This document shows, piece after piece, positions 1 through 13,030 of a DNA stretch of 64,000 nucleotides (positions are counted from its first letter, which is position 1; every line of letters starts with the position of its first letter). The position numbers and the translations under genes were made by a program. The notes beneath the pieces were generated by a model. It saw nothing but the letters and a program-made list of their open reading frames with translations. It ran no database searches and was not told the DNA's origin. The stretch comes from Octopus vulgaris (taxonomy: Eukaryota). Location: NCBI GenBank assembly GCA_951406725.2, contig OX597816.1:107880001-107944000 (forward strand), written 5' to 3'.

Positions 1-598
1 GCAGAATCTTGTTTCCTATCATCATTGTTCATAATTTACCTTCTTTATTGATAAATAATTTTCATCTTTTCTCTATTAGCTTCAGCTTCTAGCATCTTTC
101 CTTCCGTTAATTTTATTCATTTTCTCCTGTATAAAACTCTTCGTGCCGTTCTTTATTCGCCCCACTTTGTTCCTAATTCTTATTTCCTATGTTTGGTCCG
201 TCCCCAGTTTTTCTATGTATCTTCTCTGCCTTGCTCGATTCAAATCTCCCTGTCGTGCTCTATCATTGTCACCGAGCTCAATCAACTGCCCCTCTTAATT
301 ACTGGCCCACCAAGTTCAATTACAGTATCAAAATAATTTAAGAAGTAGTTGCTCCTATATATTTGGCAACTCCAGCGTGTAACCTTACTTAATTTTTACG
401 AAGGAATTTAAGAACACACTTATTAATATATAGATAGCTGGAAAAGTTCCATATCTATGATATACCGTTACACAGACCTTGCAAATAAAGCTAGAAATAA
501 GGTTACTTCCGTACATATAATGGAATGCAAACATAGACGTCCTATCTTCTTGATACTGATTTGTTCTAAAATGTTTGCGTTAAATCGACGGGTAAATA

Positions 599-613
599 GT
601 GAGAGAGTGAGTG

Positions 614-661
<48 letters not shown>
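599..661. repeat. (GA)n microsatellite
   Basis: Direct GA dinucleotide run; explains ORF 468..671. Confidence 0.95.
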
Positions 662-664
<3 letters not shown>

Positions 665-768
665 CAAGCAAACGTTATTGGCACAAACATACATAAAGAT
701 ACGCATACACACATAGAAATGCGTAGTACGCACATACACACATCATAAACATATACGTTCATTTTCTC

Positions 769-803
<35 letters not shown>

Positions 804-2885
804 ACTAATTTTGTGTTGGTTTGTGTCCACATGCCAGTAGCGTCCGTTTGACCCCACCTCTCTCTCTTTCTCTTGCACACAAATGTTTAGCATCCCCTTT
901 CCGTAGTATAGCAGATTTTTACACCACAGGAGTCTATCTTTAGCATCTACTATAGTAATACTCTAGTGTTTCTCTCTGTCACAACATATGAATGAGAAAG
1001 GAAGGAGTAATAGATGAATAAGGAAGGAAGGGGTGATGGCAAACTTGCTAGTGTTGATGATGGAAGTTCTACGGTGAAAAAAGAAAATCAAACAATGCTT
1101 CAACTCTGTGTGAATATGTGCGTGTATATGTAAAAGGGAAGTAAGTCAATGTGTGTGTATGTGTTTGTGTGTGTGCAATGGAAGTGGGGAGGCGAATATT
1201 CAACGCTGCAAAGAAAATTCAAACAGCATTTCAATTCTGTGTGAGTGTATGTATGTATGTGTGTGCGTGTAGAAAGGAAATATGTGCATATTTGTAACTG
1301 TAATTATTATGTACTTTATTTTGTACCTTATTATATATATAATATACTACAATTAGCCGTTATTTTTGACGGCATGGAGCCAGCTACTTTTAATATAATA
1401 CAGTATAATAGATAACATAAAATATTATACGACTCTGTGTGTGTGCCTGCGCGCGCGTATATAGCGCATATCCTCCCCTGATAACCCAATGAGCCTGCTA
1501 GTATTAGTTATGCAGAGCTTGCTTTCAACAGGCTCAGCACCTCCATCTACACGATACACACACACACACACGTACATACACACATACACATACACACATG
1601 CACACACATACACACTCACACACGCGCACACACATATATATGTGTGTTTGTGTATATATGCGTGTATATATATATATGTATATATTGATAAACTGTATGT
1701 TTATTTTATTTATTTACCTTCTTGTTAAGAACGATAGTTCATAACATTATTTATATAGGTAAAAAAAACCCAGTAAATTCTTTAGGTATTTAATATCCCT
1801 TAGGTGGTTAACACCTAACTAAATTTATACACACACATATTCAAATATATTTAATCATAAGGCTACTTCATGAAGGAGACGCTGGCACTAGCCGAACAAA
1901 AGTGTTTCTGTGCAGACGCTCAAACTACTAGAAATAGCAACCAAATATCCTTCAAATCAATGAAAGTGTTTCTGTGCAGACGCTTACACTAACATTTCAA
2001 AAAAAGAAAAAAAGATCGTAAGTATTATTAAATAAAAAGACACAGTTACAGCTTGAACGTCTATTTATAATATTGTTTGTTTGATCACAACTTAGCTCAA
2101 TATAAACAAAACCTATAGAAACTAATTCGTTAAAGCAAAAGATACTTTTCACGTTCCCGTTATGCAAACAGTAATAAACGAGAAACAGCTTTCATTTTGC
2201 TTATATATTTATGATATTTTCCTTGTTTCTAATTTGAAAAAATACTGATAAGCCCACAGGAATGTACAAAAATGCCTAACAGAAAAAGACAAAACAAAAC
2301 AATGGAGCAAAACTAAAATAAAGAAATAATACTTATAAATATGTGTGTTCGTATGGGGGTAATTTTTGTTTTATTATTTGAGAACTTAATTTTTTTAGTG
2401 GATGGACTGCGGGCTTGTTAGGGTATGGTCTGAAAACATTTATCGACCCTAGTACATATTTTTAGTCTACTACATATTTAATCAAATTATCTTTCTTGAG
2501 CTGCTAATTTAAGGACTCAAACGTAAACACATTCACACATCTGCATACAGACACACAGACGTACACACATCCTTACATACATATATACATAAATAGATAC
2601 ATATTATACCAATGATATATGAAACTCAAAATTAGTTCTTTAGTCCATCAACAAGCGCTCTACAGACTCAGCAAGGCTAGCCGATGCTATAAAGAAATTG
2701 TGATTTGAATGGAATTTTGTTGCTATGTTTAGGAGTTCGATATCCATGCAGAGGCCTTCTTTCGTTGGGTCAAAATAAACTTTGTTGTTGCATCTCCTTA
2801 AATAGCCATTGAGCACAAAACTATGAAAGTGAAATTCCAGTTGTTGCCGTTTCCTAGTTTAAAGGTAGGATATATTTTGTTTAAT

Positions 2886-3319
2886 GCAGAATCGTTAGCA
2901 CGCCGGGCGAGAAGCCTAGCAGCATTTCGTCCGACTTCAAGTTCTGAGTTCAAATTCCACCGAGGTCGACTTTACTTTGCATCTTTTTGGGGTCGATAAA
3001 TTAAGTGCCGTAAAACACCGGGGCCGATGTAATCGGCTAGTCTCCTTCCCCCAAATTTCAGGCCTTGTGCCTTTAGTAGAAAGGATTATTATTATAATTA
3101 TTATCATTAAGGCGGCGAATCAGCGCAATCGTCAGCACACCGAGCAAAAGGTTTAGCAGCATTTCGTCCGTCTTTTAGTCCTTCGTTCAAATTCCGCCGA
3201 GGTCGACTTTATCTTTCATCCTTTTGGAGTCGATAAAATAAGTACCAGTTGGGTACTGGAGTTAATCTAATTGATCTATCTCTCCCTGAGAAGTGCTGGT
3301 CTTGTGCCAAAACTTCAAA
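2886..3319 (+). mobile_element. Two tandem Meta-core-type SINE copies (family A)
   Basis: GAGTTCAAATTCC B-box-like motif, then GAGGTCGACTTT...CATCCTTT-GGGGTCGATAAA-TAAGTACCAG core (resembles the MetaSINE/MESC domain) and an (ATT)n tail; second copy starts AAGGCGGCGA at 3109. Confidence 0.85.
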
Positions 3320-4028
3320 GCTGTATAGCCTATACTTAAGACGGCAATCTACGATATGTTGGAATGTGAATTTTGGTAGCTGTTTGTTCTAGATTGACAG
3401 ACTTGTCAGCTTCAAAGTGAACAATATTTGTCTATCAATGAACAATTCTCTTCCTGTTTCTAACAGATTATATATTTCATTTCTTCCGCGACGTGATCAC
3501 GTTTAGAGTCGATGTGAGTTTTGACCTGCGCAGTAAATGAGAGTGTTACAAGGAGAAGGAGTTTTTGGCGACATAAACACATAACAATACCTTATCATTA
3601 TTATTAGATATACAAATTCTGAGATGTCTAAAGTCTTCTAGAACCACGATTAAGATCCACATGCATGAATAAACGGTAAGAAATCAATCACAATTATTGA
3701 ATTCTTATTTTGATTCCCATTTTAAATGATTCAACAGAGACAGCGATAGTCACGCTGTCTGATCAAAACAGCCCTCATTGCATTGAGTATCTAGGCGTTT
3801 CGAACATCTTGTCTTTAATTTTAGAAGTTAATTTCCATATTTTCCATGCATCTGGATATGTTACATTACCGTTCCTTTAGTTATGCTTCTCTGTTCTTTT
3901 TCTCTTGTATATGAGAAGAAAAATGCCTAAAACAAAAAGACAAAACAAAACAAAAGCAAAAGAACAAAAATAAAATAAAGAAATAATGCAGTTATAAATA
4001 TGTGTGTACGTATATATATATATATATG

Positions 4029-4064
<36 letters not shown>

Positions 4065-4549
4065 CCTCGATATCAAACACAGACTGTTTTATATATATAT
4101 TTGTCTTTTTTTTTACTGGCAGGGTGTTGTATTTTTCGTTTGAACAATCATTGACTGTTTCGATCTATTACCAATAATAAAATTATAGCTGAAATTGTTA
4201 CCATTTTGTAGATGTAGTTTTTTTGGCTCACATTGTTGGTGTTACTATCACTGTTGATATTATTGCTGACGTTGTTCTTTTTGTTAATGTTGTTGTTGTT
4301 GCATTTAAAAATCTCGGTCATTTTATCGTCTTTATTCTAAGGCCATTTTTCATAAAAGCATTTCCATAAATGGCACTAATACAGAAAATATTCGTGAAAA
4401 AATATTCAAATATGTGGAAAGACTGAACAGAATATCACAGATAATTAAGTCGAAAATTTCGAGATACACGCTCACACACACACACACACACACACAAACA
4501 TGCACATATACACATACTCACATGCATACACACACAGACACCCCCCCCC

Positions 4550-4580
<31 letters not shown>

Positions 4581-5160
4581 GGTTAAATTCAATCTATCAT
4601 ATCAATATGAAATTTAAAGCCAGACACATTTACATATATTCTTAGACACACCTCCAAACTATATAGCTATTTACACACGACCGAAACACCAGTTTGGCTA
4701 CAGTCTAAGCAATTCGAGTCTATAGCTAATATTGATTTCTGTCTGAGAGCGATGCCACCCAACCGAGCGATGAGTCACGTCAATGTAACCAAGTCTCGCA
4801 ACAATCTGGCTACTTTATTTCTATGACGAATATAAGATAAAATCCAACTTGGTATCAAAAGCCTAATTTGAACTCAGAACATAAAGAGGAATAGTAAAAT
4901 ACAACACTGTATAGTATAGAAATTTCATCGGTTCTTCTAATGCAATGTCCTCAGACAATAAATAATATGAATACCTGAAGACAGTGGATCATTCCTGTAT
5001 CTTTTATTTGCTTCAGCCATTGATTGCTGCCATGCTAGTGTTCTGCCTTGAAAGGTGTAGTCGAACAAATAAAGTAACAATCAATTACTAGATCAATATA
5101 ATCGATTTTACCTCTTCTAATTTTGATGTTCTGTGCATTTAAAGCATTGATTAATATGGT

Positions 5161-5381
5161 TTTTAAAATTCTGGTATAGGGTCAACAATTATGGGGGAGG
5201 GGGGAAATCGATTGATTGCATCTGTCGACCACAGTGACCAATTGGTACTTATTTTATCGACTCTGAACGGATGAAACGAGAAGTCGACCTCGGCGGAATT
5301 TGAACTCAGAACACAAAGATTGACATAATACCGCTAAGCATTTTGCCCGGCGCGCTATCGATTGTGCCAGCTCGTCGCCTT
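5161..5381 (-). mobile_element. SINE family A
   Basis: Reverse complement of the same core: GGTACTTATTTTATCGAC...GTCGACCTCGGCGGAATTTGAACTCAGAAC...GCCAGCTCGTCGCCTT. Confidence 0.85.
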
Positions 5382-5645
5382 AACGTAAATTAATACTAAT
5401 AGTCCTCAACATGCCCTCATTTTCCTCAGTTTATTGGGACTTACATGCGGAATTTGCAGATTTTCTAATTTAGCAACAGATCGAATACTCATTGGGAGAA
5501 TGATGCTCGATGAAATCATTCTCATTGCATATTATAGGTTACTGTCTAGCTTCAGGTTGACATTGATGATCGATGTTCACATATTATCGTGTTCGAGAAC
5601 TGGAGAAATTTCGCAGTGACTCAATGAAATTAGTATGTCTGTCTG

Positions 5646-5741
<96 letters not shown>

Positions 5742-5770
5742 AAAGCACTAATTCATTCATTTTTTTTTGG

Positions 5771-6131
5771 TGGGGGCGCCAGTTGATTAGATCAACCCCA
5801 GTACGCAACTGGTACTTAATTTATCGACCCTAAAATGATGAAAGGTTATGTCGACCATGACAAAATTTGAACTCAGAACGTAAAGACAGAAGAAATACCT
5901 ATTTCTTTACTACCCACAAGGGGCCAAACACAGAGAGGACAAACAAGGACAGATAAACGGATTAAGTCGATTACATCTACCCCAGTACGTAACTGGTACT
6001 TATTTAATCAACCCCGAAAGGATGAAAGGCAGAGTGGACCTCGGCGGAATTTGAACTCAGAACGTAGCGGCAGACGAAATACCGCTAAGCATTTCGCCCA
6101 TTGTGCTAACGCTTTTGCTAGCTCGCCGCCC
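5771..6131 (-). mobile_element. SINE family A dimer
   Basis: Two consecutive core units, head at about 6131; same layout as 41656-42044. Confidence 0.85.
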
Positions 6132-7532
6132 TAGAATAAAATTCTTGAAGACACTTTCCTTTCCTCAAAAAGTTATGGTCCAGTAATTGAAGTAGATGTA
6201 GAAGAAAGCCATGCAAAATAGATGTTTTCGTTTAGCACTTGACACAAAATAACTTTATTGCCACTAATGGAAATATGAATTGTGATGTACTTAACTCTCT
6301 GAAGGACATTAACAGCTAATTTAAAATGAAATGTTTTCAAACTCTGACTGATCTTTGGTTTGCTGGATCAGAGCTTTTCTGAGTTTAGACAGCATCAAGA
6401 ACAAAAATTGCATGCATGTGTGTTCATCTATGAATAATACGTAAGCTTTTGTTGTAGAAGGAAGGGGAAAATGCCTAATACTAGAAAATATTTTATAGTT
6501 TATTTAGAGCATAGAATTTCTTTGTCAACTGAATTTCTCGACTAACTGACAAATAACGGAGTGAAGCTTCGACTCGTATTAAAAGTGCATACAAGCATTA
6601 TCGTACTTACATATACGATATATGAAAGATATTACTAAGAACTGAGAAAACTATTATCAGAACAAAATCAGAAGGAAATATATATTGTCATACAGTACAG
6701 GATGGAAGAATTAACAAATCATCGAACATATAAATTTAGCCATTTTTCATTATTTCCTTTTATGTCAGAGTTATATCTCTATATTCCCAGATTCACTTTG
6801 ATTTTCATCCTTGGAAGGTCGGTAAATTATATACCAAAGAAAATACTGAGGCCAATATATTCAACTAAAATTCTTGAAGGTGATTCTTCCGTATGGTGGT
6901 GGACGAAAGAATAGAAGAATATGATAATTATTTTTTTGCTGTCGTTTAGTTACATATCGATTTGAGAGAGCGGGACTACTATAACTGTCTGTGGAGCCCT
7001 CTGTCAACAACGTAAGGAATATGATGGGCTTTATTTAACCAACTGAATAATGCAAATCGAAATACTTGTAACCCAACTACACCAAAGAAGCCTTACTCAT
7101 ATATCAGATCTCTTTATAAATTATTCTGTCATTACCATAATCCTTAGCAAAACATATTTAAAACGAAGTATTTGTTTCAACGTATAATTATTGCTAGGCG
7201 TGAATTTGCAAATCATAAATTATTTTCCTTTCGGATATGATTTCTGTTAAATTAAGAAGGAAGAAATTCGTAATTTTCATTGAATTAAGTCAACTCGGAG
7301 AAGCAATCATAATCCTGTTGCAATTTTTAATCAAATTGCTAAAAATAATACTTCCAAAAGCTATCGATAACATTGATAAAGTTTAATCCAATTTGTTTCT
7401 TTTTGCATTACAACTCCGTACTCACATATGATTTTTGGATTTTATTTAAATATTATAGAAACTGAATTGTAGTATCACTTGAGTTAAACCCTATCAATAT
7501 GTTGAATTATATTGATGTGCTGTTTTATTCTT

Positions 7533-8290
7533 TAGTAGAAGAGATACCCGGCGTTGCTTGCGGTTAAGATGATATAGTTTGTATATATGTATTATAGTTA
7601 TGTTAAAACGTGATACGGGAAAGTGCAGCGTTGACAATAAAACATCTGTGTAGTAAATGATGGGCTAATTCGACTAAGCGACATGTGATGGGTCCGTTTG
7701 GAGAATTCCAGGCCCTAACCTGTCATAGAAAATTCGAGGTGGGCGCACGTGATTTTTTAACGCAACGAAAAGCTATCAGTGGATATTCTCTCCTTTGCGG
7801 CGCTGCGTCTAACACGACACATCGTATGATTGATAGTCGAATGTAACTAATGGACATATTGTATGTAAATGGGTACATTCTAAACACGGGCAGCAATAGG
7901 AGATAGCAAAGGGAAAGATAACTTGAAATGTTGCAGAAGGCGAAGGGTTCAAACCACAAAGAATAGTGGCCTCAGTAACATGTGGAATCATCTTCTTTAC
8001 CACCAGGCGTATCCCATTGCAGAGTGTTAATGGATTCAAATTCCTCAATAACATTACTGGAGTTCCCACTTTAAGTTCCAGTTTGTGTGGAGGTAGTCTT
8101 GGAGGCTCCAATGAACTGAGAAATTCTGATAATTTACCACCTCTTCTGGATCTGGATTTGTATCAACTGAATTATAGATGTGAGGACTTCCAGGAAGGAA
8201 CTGCAACAGCTGCTCATTAATTTTACTTAGAGTTGTTTTTTGGAGCCTGCACTGCTCTTTCACACAGCCAATTGAGATTGCTTTTTGACC
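7533..8290 (-). mobile_element. Internally deleted Helitron with degenerate 3' hairpin end
   Basis: Terminal motif TAGTAGAAGAGATACCCGGCGTTGCTTGCGG at 7533-7563 resembles the end at 23354, and lies downstream of the helicase remnant on the minus strand; the element may extend to about 8690. Confidence 0.75.
7950..8280 (-). pseudogene. Helitron RepHel PIF1-family helicase fragment (frameshifted)
   Basis: NLNWLCERAVQAPKNN / SKINEQLLQFLPGSPHIYNSVDT / EPPRLPPHKLELKVGTPVMLLRNLNPLTLCNGIRLVVKKMIPHVTEATILCG match hallmark Helitron helicase motifs across three frames. Confidence 0.93.
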
Positions 8291-8733
8291 AATGGGGGTC
8301 TCCTCTTTGGAGACATTATGTCAAGAAATATGATGTAATAAAATGAGAAGATAATTGTACGTTAATAATGAAATGACAATAAAAGAAGGTAAATAATTTT
8401 AATGCCTTAGCAAATTTTAAGAAATATATATTTTAAAAAGAGGAAAAGCGTTCAGCGGATTAATCACGCTGGATATAAGGGAGAAAATAAATTTCTGAAA
8501 ATTACTTCGCAAAGAGTTTCCTTCCTTATCCACGTAACTCAGGAACGGGTATTTTCTGCTCCCAGAGGTCCCATTACTCATTATGTGCAAATTTCTAGGA
8601 GTCTAAAACTCTCTCTGGAACATAAGTAATATAAGCTCCCAGTTTGTAGAAAATCAGTTGTAGACTTCAGAAGTTAAGCGGGTATACTTTATTATTAAAG
8701 CTGCAAAAACATCACAAACATATCACAAAAATC

Positions 8734-8763
8734 CTCAGAGTTTCACGTTTCCGTTCGTCGGAC
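8734..8763 (-). ncRNA. Degenerate minimal hammerhead-like motif (PLE terminus)
   Basis: Minus strand CCGACGA-ACG-GAAA-CGT-GAAAC-TCTGAG: variant core, 3-bp stem II with GAAA loop; cleavage-site side degraded. Confidence 0.4.
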
Positions 8764-10686
8764 CGTTGTGACTGAGAATGAGACAAGAATTAAGGTGATA
8801 TCCATAGACATATACAATTTACGTTGACAGATACGCATTTGAATTTGGTTTCATTTCATTGGTCGTTTCAACTAACGGTTTTTTTAAAGAAAATTAAAAG
8901 GCTTAAATATCGCATTTTGTAAAATCGAAGCAAAAATAAAATTTAGTTTAGCAAGAAAGCCATACATGCCCAAAGTAAATTAATGGTAAAATAAGTTTTA
9001 TTAATATAAATGTGAGTATGTTTATAATAAAATATTCACTTACAGAAATCTAAAATCATAAAAATATATAGACGCGTTATTCACATACAAACGCATGCGT
9101 GCATCTATTTATACATGCACACACTAAAAACATATACATGCATATGTACGCGAATAGGTACAAAAGCTGATAAAAACATATATATACCGGCAAATATTAA
9201 TATGAATATATTTATTAATGTATACATAGATATCTACACGTATATATACACAATAGGTCCCCGTGCGTATGTGCTAATATTTTTCATTATATGTTTCGTG
9301 TGTATCATAAGGTGTGATATGTTAGAAACCCCGAAGCACCGAACTAAATACTTTACAGCTTTTCGTCGTCTCGTTTCTCTTCCATTATATTCTGTCGACT
9401 TTATATTGTATCATTACTGAGTCAATAAAGTACGCATTGTAGTAATATAAGTTTATATGAAGCGACAGTCGATTATTCGCTTTACTGTCTTAAAGTGCAA
9501 CATATTGGAAAGTCGTACATACACCAAGAACATGAGAAAGTTAGGACTATCTTAGTACAAAGCATAAATATGCTCAGGCAATACAAGAAAGTAACACAAA
9601 TTAGAGCAGCGTTTGCTATGTAACAGCATAGTATAATAAAGGTATTAAAATCTATCACCCTTCCCTTTACACATATAATAAACAGCAACCAAGTTAACCA
9701 ATGTGCACTACATTACTGCGATACAGAAAAGCTAAATATAATGAATATACGGACATTTTCATTAAGCAATTTCATGTTACACAACATTCCTATATTACAG
9801 CTTTGTTTCTTGTATCATTTCAATTTCAAATAGAATTATGAACGCTCTAACTGCATACTAATAAAGTCAAACAGAATCCCTAAAGTGTGCGAAGTTATAC
9901 TAAGTAAAATACCAATCAAAACCGCATCATTCAGACTCAAGATATGTCTATCCACTACCTCAAATATCATAGAAATCTCTTTAATATCACCAGCGCATTT
10001 TCTTTTCAAAATCCCATGAATCCAGTTCACTACAAAAGTATCCGACTTCAAAGAAATTTGACATAAAGAACATAAGACGATCTCAATGACAAAAATGCCA
10101 TATGTACATTATTTATATGTTATCGATGCCTTCTATGCTAAGGTTTAAACTCCAGTCCTCATTACGTGACTATAAGCAACATAATAATCAGTGACTCATT
10201 TAAAATGTCATGAGGCAACTATAATAATAAGAAGAAGAATAATCAACTACATAGTTATTTTGTCCCAAGGCAAACTGATCGAGCAGTCTTAAGTCCCAGC
10301 CATGACTATTCCATCTTAACTTTTGACATACTGTATCTATGACTCACTTTTCGTATGTGTTCGTATGATTTGTTAGATGCTCTGATGTAACATGATTGAA
10401 ATTTGGGTATTATTTCTAGTTGACAGGGCGATATTTTAGAGACTTCCTCTTTAGGAAATTCGTGTGTATTATGGGTTGTTTTAGCACCGTTCATTAATGA
10501 TAGAACAAACCATTGCTAGCCGATGCTGCACAGCAAACTAGACCATTCCTAATCAACCCTTCACAACAACCCCGACCATTGCTAGTCAAGGCTACACAAT
10601 AAGCTCGATCATTGTTCACAGTCTATACAACCACCTAAACACTTGATTGCATGGCTCGATAAAATAACACATACACATGTGTGTGT

Positions 10687-10978
10687 GAAGGCGCATGGTC
10701 CAGTGGTTAGAGTGTTGCACTCAGGGGCGCGGGAGCGTGGTTTCAAATCCTAGACCGGATGGTGAGTTGTGTTCTTTAACAAAACACTTCATCTCACGTT
10801 GCTCTGTGATCACTCCGACACCTGGTGTGTGGTACAGTGTACATTTTCAGACGACGTCAATTTGATGCAGAGAGTGCGCTTTTGTGTAGAACATTTGATC
10901 ACTATAAGCAAATCATTTCTGCAGGCCATTCGTCAAAAAGCTGAATGCTCACACGTCATCTTTGACGCGTGAGTCCAT
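10687..10978 (+). mobile_element. tRNA-headed CORE-like SINE (family E)
   Basis: GGCGCATGGTCCAGTGGTTAG A box, GGTTTCAAATCC B box, then TGTGTTCTTTAACAAAACACTTCATCTCACGTTGCTC; homologous to 54710-54987. Confidence 0.8.
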
Positions 10979-11009
10979 CATATATATATATACATACATA
11001 CATACATAC

Positions 11010-11126
11010 GTATGTATGTATGTATGTATGTATGTATGTATGTATGTATGTATGTATGTATGTATGTATGTATGTATGTATGTATGTATGTATGTATGTA
11101 TGTATGTATGTATGTATGTATGTATG
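11010..11126. repeat. (GTAT)n microsatellite
   Basis: Perfect tetranucleotide run; explains the MYVC ORFs. Confidence 0.95.
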
Positions 11127-11314
11127 TGTATATATATACTCGATTATTACCTCTTTATATGAAATTCATGCCTCGATATACGTACGAAACAGTGAATCAT
11201 ACATTGACTTGTATGGACGAATCGTGGAAAATGTCGATATATGCATTTGAAGTAGCATTGAATAAAAATTTAAGATTAATTCTGTTTCAGTTGCTTACAG
11301 TTATAATAATGATG

Positions 11315-11720
11315 CTTTCTGATTTAGGCACAAGGCCATCAATTGGAAAGGAATGGCTGGTTGATAATATCGACCTTAGCATTTGGTTAGTGAACTTATA
11401 GTGATCAAATGTTCGTGCCGCACGTTAGTTCACTCTCTCCATCAAAAAAAAAAATGGAAAGCAAAGTTGATGACAGTGAGATTTGAACCTAACGTGTAAA
11501 ATTTCGGAACGTACTTGCAAGATACTTTTCCGAATCTCTAATGATTATGCCAATACATCAACCTTCGGTTGTTTGGAATTTATGGATGAGAGGCCAGTAA
11601 CTTTTGAGGCAAGTATGTTAATTGATTATTTGGACCCAAGCACTTGAGCAGTATTTTATTTCATGAACCCCAGGGATAAACTTAGTAGGATTTGAATTCA
11701 GAATGTAAAGAGTTGAAACA
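11315..11720 (-). mobile_element. Two old degenerate family A SINEs
   Basis: GGCACAAGGCC, GATTTGAACCT and GGATTTGAATTCAGAATGTAAAG remnants. Confidence 0.55.
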
Positions 11721-12110
11721 AAACCAAAAGGCATTTCTATGTTTTTGTGTACACATTTTTATTACTTTCTTCAACTCTTGCTGATGGAATCTTCAGAAAT
11801 ATATTGCAAAATAAGAAACTCTTGATGATAAGGAACTATAGCACAAAGGATCAGATAATTTTTCAAGGTATTAGTATTGTAGACCAAGTGGATCCTTACA
11901 TTTCCTTGCAGTAGTTTTATTGAATCTAGATTGTACTAGTCCGGAATAAATGTTATCTGATAACAAAAATATTTACAAATAAACAATATATTTCGCAGTC
12001 CCATCACACAGACATACACATACATACACATACAAGTATTTGCTTTCCACGATAAATGAATATCATGCAGAAAGATATCGATTCCATTTTCTTTTACTTT
12101 TTTCTTCCAG

Positions 12111-12237
12111 CTCCTGGACATTGGCCATGATGTGGGGTCGCCATCTTTCTTGCTACTGTTTCTATATGTGGCCTGTCTTTGATCAATGATGGAGTGTGAA
12201 CTTGCTACCATCATTTATTTGTTTATATTCTAATAAA
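12111..12237 (+). other. Candidate terminal exon (possibly decayed)
   Basis: Long pyrimidine tract plus CAG ending at 12110; hydrophobic peptide (LLDIGHDVGSPSFLLLFLYVACL* in phase 0); AATAAA at 12232-12237. Confidence 0.3.
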
Positions 12238-12886
12238 AGTATTTTCGTACATTGACTGTTGCAATGCAAATAACATAATTCATTTAGCTATGGTGGTTTC
12301 ATGCAATACATGTTGTGGAAATCATTCTTGTAGAGTATTTCCCTTTCCATGATATTCTGATAGGAATATTTGAACTCCATAGGTGCTGTATGGTTAAATC
12401 TCTAAGAAGCTTGTGTATCGGGTTTGATTCTACTGTCTATGCTATGGGCGCAAACCAAACGATCGTTGATGAGCTTATGAGCTATCTTCACTCCTGTAGT
12501 CTTCCTTATCTACCAGCAGAAGCACACTCCTCGGAATGAGTGTTTTATAAAAGAAAACAAAAGCTTGAATTAATAATTCATTGTTAACGACACATCAATT
12601 ACAAAATCGAAATTACTGATATGCTCACTCGTTCTTTTACGCATATATATAGTAAATACGCCTCATGATTATGCTCATTCTTCTCGTGAGAATTAAGATA
12701 ATTTCTCTGCTGCTATTTTCATCAGTACCATTTTACTTGAACATAGACGATACGTTGTAAGGCTATTCGTGCACACACACTTCCTTCATATTCACACAAG
12801 GTATGAAACATAATTATGGTTTGTGGGAATGAAAATAGAATTAATTGCGCTTTACCTATCTCTTAACATGTGTAATTATATTGTTC

Positions 12887-13030
12887 TCATCCGTTTTTCC
12901 AGCTTCGTGTTCCGAGTTCAAATTCCGCCTAATTTAACTTTGCCTTTCAGCTTTTTAGAATCGATAAAATAACCAGTTGAGCACTAGGGTCAATGTAATC
13001 GACAAGCCCCTCCCCACAAAAAGGATTATA
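12887..13030 (+). mobile_element. SINE family A, truncated
   Basis: GAGTTCAAATTCCGCC...TTTGCCTTTCA...TCGATAAAATAACCAGTTGAGCAC. Confidence 0.75.

Noticed and set aside
1899-1984. Repeat-spacer-repeat resembling a mini CRISPR array
   Set aside because: Only two repeats, eukaryotic context, no cas genes
9482-10051. Two hydrophobic minus-strand ORFs (GPCR-like impression)
   Set aside because: No recognisable motifs or splice structure; hydrophobic bias is expected from AT-rich DNA
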